In this document: one piece after another, positions 57,912-64,000 of the stretch
Layout of the letters: each line of letters begins with the position of its first letter
How positions within the stretch are numbered: the first letter of the stretch is position 1
Source of the DNA: an uncultured Clostridiaceae bacterium
Lineage (GTDB): Bacteria; Bacillota; Clostridia; TANB77; CAG-465
NCBI GenBank assembly: GCA_947169155.1
Contig: CAMVON010000005.1
Coordinates: forward strand, 70,949 to 134,948
Direction of reading: 5' to 3'
DNA: 64,000 bases
Notes under the pieces: model-generated
The model's input: only the letters and a program-made list of their open reading frames with translations
Told to the model about the DNA's origin: nothing
Databases searched by the model: none
Position numbers and translations under genes: made by a program

Positions 57912-59096
57912 ATGGGATTTATTAAAGCATTTACAGGAGCTATAGGTGGAACTCTAGCAGATCAATGGAAAGATTATTTTGTTCCAATGCCAGGTGCACC
58001 AGCTACAGCAGCTATTATTCCAGCAGTAAAACAAGAAACTAACGCTGGACGTGGATCAAATACTAGTGGTTCACAAAACATCATCACTAATGGTTCTAAA
58101 ATCGTAGTACCAGAAGGATGGGGACTTATTACTATGCAAGATGGTGGAATAACTGGTCTTGTAACAGAAGTTGGTGGATTTACATTCACATCAGATGATC
58201 CTAATGCAAAATCATTATTTGCAGGAGATGGATTCCTAGCTTCTACAGTAACACAAGCTTGGGAAAGATTTAAATTTGGTGGAATGCCTGGTTCTCAACA
58301 AATGGCTTTCTATGTAAATTTAAAAGAAATACCAAATAACAGATTTGGAACTCAATCTGAAATTTACTGGGATGACGCATACCTAAATGCACAAGTTGGA
58401 GCTATTACAAGAGGAACATATTCTCTTAAAATAGTTGACCCAATTCTATTCATCAAAAACTTTGTTCCAGTTTCATACTTAAATGGAACTTCATGTTTTG
58501 ATTTTGCAGATATGGATAATGCTGCTTCAGAACAACTATTTACAGAAGTTGTATCAAGTTTATCTGCAGCATTTTCAAATTATACAAATGATCCATCTAA
58601 AGGAAATAGAATAACTAAAATCCAAGGAGATCAAATTGGATTTGCTCAAAGCTTATCTCAAGCTGTTGAAGATGCATATCAATGGAAATCTGGAAGAGGT
58701 CTTGAAATCGTAAGAGTAGCAATTGCTGCTATCGAATACGACGAAGATACTAAAGCTCTTCTTAGCGATGTTAAAAAAGCAGATGCTCTATCTGGAGCAA
58801 GAGGAAATTCATTCATGCAACAATCTGTTGCTCGTGGATTCCAAGCTGCTGGAGAAAATGGTGGAGCTAATGGTATGGCATTCATGGGAATGGGTGTTAA
58901 TGCTGTTGGTGGAGTAATGGGAACAATGCAACAACCTGCACAACAACCAGCTCAACAACCTGCTCAACCTGCACAACAACCAGCACAAGCTGAAGATCCA
59001 TATGAAAAACTTGGAAAATTAAAAGATCTTTTAGATAAAGGTGTTATTTCTCAAGAAGAATTTGATGCTGCTAAAGCTAAATTACTAGGATTATAA
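57912..59096 (+). CDS. YdjI-like SPFH/virion-core-like protein with a Gln/Pro-rich repeat linker and a C-terminal SHOCT domain
   Basis: Resembles the B. subtilis YdjI family. (QQPAQ)n repeat. C-terminal YEKLGKLKDLLDKGVISQEEFDAAKAKLLGL matches the SHOCT motif. Confidence 0.55.
   Translation: MGFIKAFTGAIGGTLADQWKDYFVPMPGAPATAAIIPAVKQETNAGRGSNTSGSQNIITNGSKIVVPEGWGLITMQDGGITGLVTEVGGFTFTSDDPNAKSLFAGDGFLASTVTQAWERFKFGGMPGSQQMAFYVNLKEIPNNRFGTQSEIYWDDAYLNAQVGAITRGTYSLKIVDPILFIKNFVPVSYLNGTSCFDFADMDNAASEQLFTEVVSSLSAAFSNYTNDPSKGNRITKIQGDQIGFAQSLSQAVEDAYQWKSGRGLEIVRVAIAAIEYDEDTKALLSDVKKADALSGARGNSFMQQSVARGFQAAGENGGANGMAFMGMGVNAVGGVMGTMQQPAQQPAQQPAQPAQQPAQAEDPYEKLGKLKDLLDKGVISQEEFDAAKAKLLGL
58926..58992 (+). 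repeat. In-frame 15-nt tandem repeat encoding (QQPAQ)4 within the YdjI-like gene
   Basis: caacaacctgcacaa / caaccagctcaacaa / cctgctcaacctgca / caacaaccagcacaa. Confidence 0.7.
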
Positions 59097-59113
59097 TAGT
59101 GGAGGTATAATAC

Positions 59114-60610
59114 ATGGACGAACAGAACCTAAATGATGGTCCACAAGTTGTACAAACAGATGTTGGTGCAAAAGATGGACAAAATAAATGTCCTAAATGT
59201 GGTGCAACAGACATCTCTTTGAATGTGAAAACTGGAAAATTAAGATGTAATTTCTGTAGACACGAATTTGAACCTCAAAAGATAGCTGGTATGCAAGAAG
59301 ATATTAGCAATCTTGAAGGTGAAATTCTAGGTTCTGGAGCTCAAGACATAATAGCAGATACAAATGAAATGGTGACATTTAAATGTTCTAGCTGTGGAGC
59401 AGAAGTTGTAGTAGATACAGCTAAAGCTACACAAGCTAGATGTCACTGGTGTAGAAATACATTATCTGTTAACCAACAAATACCAAATGGTGCAGTTCCA
59501 GATGTTGTACTACCATTTAAGGTTTCTAAAGATGATGCAAAGCAAGCTATTGAAACTTTTGTAGGAAAGAGAAAGTTCTTTGCTCATCCAAAATTTAGAG
59601 AAGAATTTACTACTGAAAATGTTATGGGTGTTTATCTTCCTTACATGATTGTTGATGCCAATGGTCATTCAACATTAAAGGGACAAGGTGAACATGAAAC
59701 AAGACGCTATACTGTAAGAAGAGATGAAGATCATGAAGATACATACTATGATGCAGATTTATATGATGTTGAACGTGATTTTGACTTAACAATTGAAGGA
59801 CTTACAGTTGAATCTAGTGAAGATAAGCTAGATACATCAGACAAACATAAAACAAATAATATAATAAATTCAATTATGCCATTTGATACAGAAAATGCTG
59901 TTAAATGGGATGCTAATTATCTTCATGGATATACTTCAGAAAAAAGAGATACTAATGTTACAGATCTTAAAGATTTAGTTGAAGTTCAATGCAAAGATAT
60001 TGCAAGATTTGCAGCTAATGACTCTTTAAAATTTTATGATAGAGGAGTTAGATGGGATTTTGAACAACTAAAACTTAAAGGTCAACAATGGAAGTCTGCT
60101 TATTTACCTGTTTGGTTGTATTCATATCAACAAAAGAAAGGTAATGATAGTATATTACACTATGTTGCAGTTAATGCTAGAAGTAAAGAAACAATGGGTA
60201 GTGTTCCAATACATATGCCAAAACTAATAGCAGTTTCTGTAATAGTTGAAGTATTAGGTATAATTTCAGCTTTCTTTATTTCTAACTGGTCAGATAAAGA
60301 TTGGCCTTGGATGTTTGTTCTTGCTGGTATTATTTATTATGGCGTTATGTATGCTAGATATAGAAATCAAGGAGCAAGACATCATCATGAAACAGAAACT
60401 AAGACACATGTTTCTAATATGACTAAAGTAGATAACTTTGTAAAAAGTAAAAAACGTCTTAGAAATGCAACTATGGATGGTGCAAATAACAAATTAATTC
60501 ATGGACAATCTAGTAAGAAGTCTTTAGTTAAACATTTAACTGAAAGAGCACAAGAAGACTATAAAGAAAAAATTGAAAAGCAAGAAGAAAAGAATTTAAA
60601 AGGTGAGTAG
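59114..60610 (+). CDS. YdjG-like protein: two N-terminal zinc ribbons, two C-terminal TM helices and a basic tail
   Basis: CPKCG...CNFCRH and CSSCG...CHWCRN zinc ribbons; TM helices at about residues 370-420; located downstream of the ydjI-like gene. Confidence 0.5.
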   Translation: MDEQNLNDGPQVVQTDVGAKDGQNKCPKCGATDISLNVKTGKLRCNFCRHEFEPQKIAGMQEDISNLEGEILGSGAQDIIADTNEMVTFKCSSCGAEVVVDTAKATQARCHWCRNTLSVNQQIPNGAVPDVVLPFKVSKDDAKQAIETFVGKRKFFAHPKFREEFTTENVMGVYLPYMIVDANGHSTLKGQGEHETRRYTVRRDEDHEDTYYDADLYDVERDFDLTIEGLTVESSEDKLDTSDKHKTNNIINSIMPFDTENAVKWDANYLHGYTSEKRDTNVTDLKDLVEVQCKDIARFAANDSLKFYDRGVRWDFEQLKLKGQQWKSAYLPVWLYSYQQKKGNDSILHYVAVNARSKETMGSVPIHMPKLIAVSVIVEVLGIISAFFISNWSDKDWPWMFVLAGIIYYGVMYARYRNQGARHHHETETKTHVSNMTKVDNFVKSKKRLRNATMDGANNKLIHGQSSKKSLVKHLTERAQEDYKEKIEKQEEKNLKGE

Positions 60611-60695
60611 AAATACTCATCTTTTTTGGTATATTATTTGAATATTTTATTCTTTATGTATATAATTATTATGTGAGGAAAAAAGAGGAGTAATT

Positions 60696-61310
60696 ATGCC
60701 AGCAAAAAGAAAAGGTAATAGAAAAAATAGAAAAATTAAATTTAGTGAAGCTAACTATGTGGAAAAAAACTATATGAGAAAGGGAAAAGCTGTAATTCCA
60801 ATTGAGCTTAAATCTGTAAATGATTTATATATGAAACATGATTATAAAAAAATGGAATTATCAGATGAAGTATGCGCATATATAGAAGAAATAGCATATA
60901 TGATACCAATAAATACAGATATTGTGTTAGAAATACATTGTCCTAAAGTAGACGAAGAAACACAAGCAAAAATTAAAAAAAGTATAAAAAACAATTATGG
61001 AATGGAAATAGATGATGTTGAATATGATTTAGGAATGAATTACAAAAAAGCAGGTGCTTTTGCAATACTTGGTATTGTACTTTTAGTAATTAATTTACTA
61101 TTAGATAGATTTGAATTATTTTCTAATTTCTTAAGTGTAATATGGTGGGTATTTATTTGGGATATGGTAGAAATACTTGCTATGGATAATAGTGAAATGA
61201 AATGGAAAAGACTAAATTACCAACAACTATATGATGCAACATACGAATTTGTTTTTGATAATGATATAGAAATAGATGAAAAATATAAAGGAAAAGATAT
61301 TGTAGAATAA
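60696..61310 (+). CDS. Hypothetical protein with two C-terminal TM helices
   Basis: RBS AAGAGGAG before the ATG at 60696; no motif. Confidence 0.5.
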   Translation: MPAKRKGNRKNRKIKFSEANYVEKNYMRKGKAVIPIELKSVNDLYMKHDYKKMELSDEVCAYIEEIAYMIPINTDIVLEIHCPKVDEETQAKIKKSIKNNYGMEIDDVEYDLGMNYKKAGAFAILGIVLLVINLLLDRFELFSNFLSVIWWVFIWDMVEILAMDNSEMKWKRLNYQQLYDATYEFVFDNDIEIDEKYKGKDIVE

Positions 61311-61389
61311 AATTATATTTGAATAACTCTACTCGATGTAGGGTTATTTTTTTATTCTTTTATGGTATAATACAACTTAAGGTGATTAT

Positions 61390-62043
61390 ATGAACATTAA
61401 AGTTAATGATGTAAATTTATATTATGAAGAATATGGAGAGGGTAATCCTATCATTTTAATACATGGAAATAGTGAGTCTTTAGATATTTTTGATAAACTT
61501 ATTCCAGAACTTTCTAAAGAATATAAAGTATATGCAATAGATATGAGGTGTCATGGAAAAAGTGAAAAAACAAAAGAAATAAGCTATGATTTGTTAAGTG
61601 AAGATATAGTTGCTTTTATCCATGAACTTAATATACAAAAGCCAATTATTTATGGATTTAGTGACGGAGGAATAGAAGCATTACTTATTGCATATAGATA
61701 TCCAGAACTTCTTTCAAGAATTATAATTAGTGGTGCAAATATTAATCCAGAAGGATTAAATAAAAAAGATTATTTTATGTGTAAATTGATGTATTTTTTT
61801 ACTAGAGATAAAAAAATAAAAATGATGCTAAAAGAACCAAATATTACTGCAGAAGATTTAGATAAAATCATTATTCCTGTAAATATTCTAGCAGGAGAAT
61901 ATGATGCAATTTTAGAAGAACATACAAGACTTATACATAAATGGATAAAAACAAGTACATTATATATAGTTCCAAGAGAAAATCATGGAAGCTATATTAT
62001 ACATTCAGATAAAATATATAAAATATTAAAACAATATATTTAG
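61390..62043 (+). CDS. Alpha/beta hydrolase
   Basis: HGNSES oxyanion region and GFSDGG nucleophile elbow. Confidence 0.7.
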   Translation: MNIKVNDVNLYYEEYGEGNPIILIHGNSESLDIFDKLIPELSKEYKVYAIDMRCHGKSEKTKEISYDLLSEDIVAFIHELNIQKPIIYGFSDGGIEALLIAYRYPELLSRIIISGANINPEGLNKKDYFMCKLMYFFTRDKKIKMMLKEPNITAEDLDKIIIPVNILAGEYDAILEEHTRLIHKWIKTSTLYIVPRENHGSYIIHSDKIYKILKQYI

Positions 62044-62076
62044 AATAAAAATAAAGGAGAAAAATATTATAGTATT

Positions 62077-63330
62077 ATGAATAAAAAAATAATAATTAGT
62101 GTGATTGTTTTAATGATAATATTTCTAACAAATAATTATATATTTGCACAAGAACTTAAAGATTTAAATATAACTGCAAAAGAGGTTGGTGTATACGAAT
62201 TAAAAAACTTGAATCCTATATATGAAAAGGATGCTAGAAAACAGGTCCCTGTTGCAAGTCTTACTAAAATCATGACTGCAATAGTATGTCTTGAAAATGT
62301 GGATATTAATGAAAAAGTTATTGTAGATTTATCTGAGGTTAAAAAGTATTATGATGAAGAATACTCTGTTGCAGGTCTTAAAGATAAACAAGAAATATCA
62401 TATTATGATTTAGTTGAGACTATGCTTCTTCCGTCTGGTGCAGATAGTGGTGCATGTATTGCTTTAAATGTTTTTCATGATTATGATAAATTCATTCAAG
62501 CTATGAATGACAAATCACGTGAGCTTGGAATGAATAATACTCATTTTTCTAATGTTATAGGTATGGACGATAAAGATAATTATTCTACTGTAGAAGATAT
62601 GGCAATTATGATGAAATATGCTATGAAAAATGAATATATAAAATATGGTATTACTCAATATGCGCATACTATTAAAGATGGAACAAAAACAGTACATAAT
62701 GCACTTTTTCAACTTGCAAATATATATTCTATAGATGTATCTAATATTACAGGTGGAAAGACAGGATTTACAGGAGATGCAGGATATTGTTTACTTAGTT
62801 ATTCTGAAACTACTCCAGAGCCACTAATATGTATTGTACTTGGAAGTGAAGTGAAACCAGGTACACTTTATCATTTAAGTGAAACAGAAGCTATATTTGA
62901 AACAATAAATAAGATATATAGTGAAAAAAATCTAGTAAGTGAAGGAGATATAATAGTTACACTTCCTGCTATTAAAAGTACAAAAGAAGAGATAAATGTT
63001 CAAGCTATAGAGTCTATTCAAACTATTATGAAAAATGATGAAGAAGTGGATAAATCTCAACTTGAAATCAAGTATGAAGGAATAAAAGTTTTATCTCCAG
63101 AAAATAAAGTCGGAGAAACACTTGGTAAAATAGATGTATATTATAAAGGAAAATATATTGGAAGTGAAGAGGTAAAGCTTACAAGACGTGTACCATTAGA
63201 TTTGAAAATATGGATTAATGAAAATCCTGCTCAAGCATGTATGTTTGCTATATTAATTGTTGCTGGAATAGTATTAGTTATTAGAATAGTAGTTAAAATA
63301 TATAAGAAAAGACAAATTGTACATTACTAA
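62077..63330 (+). CDS. dacF: D-alanyl-D-alanine carboxypeptidase (PBP5/DacF-like serine peptidase) with a C-terminal membrane anchor
   Basis: Signal peptide, SxxK motif VASLTKIMTA and a C-terminal TM helix. Confidence 0.75.
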   Translation: MNKKIIISVIVLMIIFLTNNYIFAQELKDLNITAKEVGVYELKNLNPIYEKDARKQVPVASLTKIMTAIVCLENVDINEKVIVDLSEVKKYYDEEYSVAGLKDKQEISYYDLVETMLLPSGADSGACIALNVFHDYDKFIQAMNDKSRELGMNNTHFSNVIGMDDKDNYSTVEDMAIMMKYAMKNEYIKYGITQYAHTIKDGTKTVHNALFQLANIYSIDVSNITGGKTGFTGDAGYCLLSYSETTPEPLICIVLGSEVKPGTLYHLSETEAIFETINKIYSEKNLVSEGDIIVTLPAIKSTKEEINVQAIESIQTIMKNDEEVDKSQLEIKYEGIKVLSPENKVGETLGKIDVYYKGKYIGSEEVKLTRRVPLDLKIWINENPAQACMFAILIVAGIVLVIRIVVKIYKKRQIVHY

Positions 63331-63343
63331 AGGAGGAAAAAAT

Positions 63344-64000
63344 ATGAATATACAAGAGAAATATGAAAAAGTACTAAAATTATTTAAAGAATTATCTAAA
63401 GTACCAAGAAACTCAACAAGAGAGGAAAAAATAGCGGATTACATATGTGAATTTGCCAAAATAAGAGGTTTAGAATACAAAAAAGATAAACTATATAATG
63501 TTATAGTAAAAAAAGGTGCAACTACTGGATATGAAAATAAGAAGACTATATTATTTCAAGCACATATAGATATGGTGTGCGAAAAAACTGCACAAAGTAC
63601 ACATGACTTTGAAAATGATCCAATTGAAATAATTGAGACTGAAGATACTTATACAGCAAAAGATACAACATTAGGTGCAGATGATGGAATAGGAGTTGCG
63701 TTTTTGTTACTACTTCTAGATGATGAGGATATTCCTCATCCAGCTATTGAATGTTTATTTACTACTCAAGAAGAAATTGGTATGGATGGAGCTCGTAATT
63801 TTAATTATTCTAATCTTGATGCAAAGTATTTAATTAATTTAGATGGTGAGGAAGAAAATACAGCAATAGTAGGGTGTGCTGGTGGAATTAGAATGCGTTA
63901 TACTAAATCTATGAGATTAGAAGAGGTAGGAGATAATACAAGTCTTTATACACTAAAAGTTAGTGGACTTTTTGGTGGACATTCTGGTGTAGATATAGAT
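63344..64000 (+). CDS. pepD: Aminoacyl-histidine dipeptidase (M20 family, PepD-like), 5' fragment running off the window
   Basis: RBS AAGGAGG before the ATG at 63344. N-terminus ...LSKVPRNSTREEKIADYICEFAKIRGLEY...FQAHIDMV...GADDGIGVA, typical of PepD. Confidence 0.7.
   Translation, partial: MNIQEKYEKVLKLFKELSKVPRNSTREEKIADYICEFAKIRGLEYKKDKLYNVIVKKGATTGYENKKTILFQAHIDMVCEKTAQSTHDFENDPIEIIETEDTYTAKDTTLGADDGIGVAFLLLLLDDEDIPHPAIECLFTTQEEIGMDGARNFNYSNLDAKYLINLDGEEENTAIVGCAGGIRMRYTKSMRLEEVGDNTSLYTLKVSGLFGGHSGVDID

Noticed and set aside
2884-58917. Other short antisense or internal ORFs from the six-frame track. Examples: 2884..3117-, 3660..3938-, 4545..4778-, 10435..10788-, 18895..19164-, 24291..24644-, 38961..39194+, 43958..44290-, 54253..54861+, 58723..58917+.
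   Set aside because: All are embedded in long CDSs with clear family motifs on the other strand or frame. They have no RBS, and their AT-rich codon content is typical of shadow ORFs.
1-64000. Prophage, ICE, IS element or CRISPR content
   Set aside because: No integrase, transposase, recombinase, terminase or cas genes are present, and there are no spacer-repeat arrays. The only tandem repeat is the in-frame (QQPAQ)n at 58926.

Overview
This is a low-GC (roughly 28-30 %) Firmicute chromosomal segment, Clostridia-like, with very dense coding and almost every gene on the + strand. I found no rRNA, tRNA, CRISPR array, transposase, integrase or obvious prophage genes.

The left two-thirds of the window is mostly housekeeping and accessory genes. 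It opens with an aquaporin C-terminal fragment, followed by a BceAB/MacB-type ABC pair that has a double-FtsX permease, then a ZIP metal transporter and gpmA. A copZ-copA copper-efflux operon is tightly packed with a GIY-YIG nuclease-like gene and an ADP-ribosylglycohydrolase. Further on are class I fructose-bisphosphate aldolase, pepC, gap, dihydrofolate reductase and flavodoxin. Cell-wall genes include an OatA-like O-acetyltransferase, a PAP2 phosphatase and, near the right end, DacF. Scattered through this part are an unusual number of small GNAT acetyltransferases (five) and NUDIX hydrolases (three, one of them fused to a GNAT). Two pairs of hypothetical genes are duplicated at distant positions in the window.

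From about 38.4 kb to 55.0 kb there is a roughly 17-kb Wzx/Wzy-dependent glycopolymer locus. It begins with a priming sugar-phosphate transferase and contains four paralogous GT2 genes, one further GT2 gene, two GT4 genes, a TagB/TagF-like CDP-glycerol glycerophosphotransferase, tagD, a Stealth hexose-1-phosphoryltransferase, two hexapeptide acetyltransferases, Wzy and Wzx. It is closed by a convergent fused Wzz/BY-kinase gene on the - strand. This gene set predicts a teichoic-acid-like capsule or secondary cell-wall polymer with phosphodiester links.

The right end carries a YdjI/YdjG-like module (an SPFH-like protein with a SHOCT tail plus a zinc-ribbon membrane protein), a DUF1848-like gene, an alpha/beta hydrolase, dacF and the start of pepD.

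The non-coding observations I rate highest are:
- a family of at least eight near-identical terminator hairpins with a conserved stem and a conserved 3' tail, found after unrelated genes;
- a 10-A homopolymer tract that severs a good RBS and start codon from its signal-anchor ORF;
- a perfect 9-N4-9 palindrome just downstream of a consensus promoter at the ABC transporter;
- a perfect 16-bp palindrome overlapping the -35 of the gap promoter.
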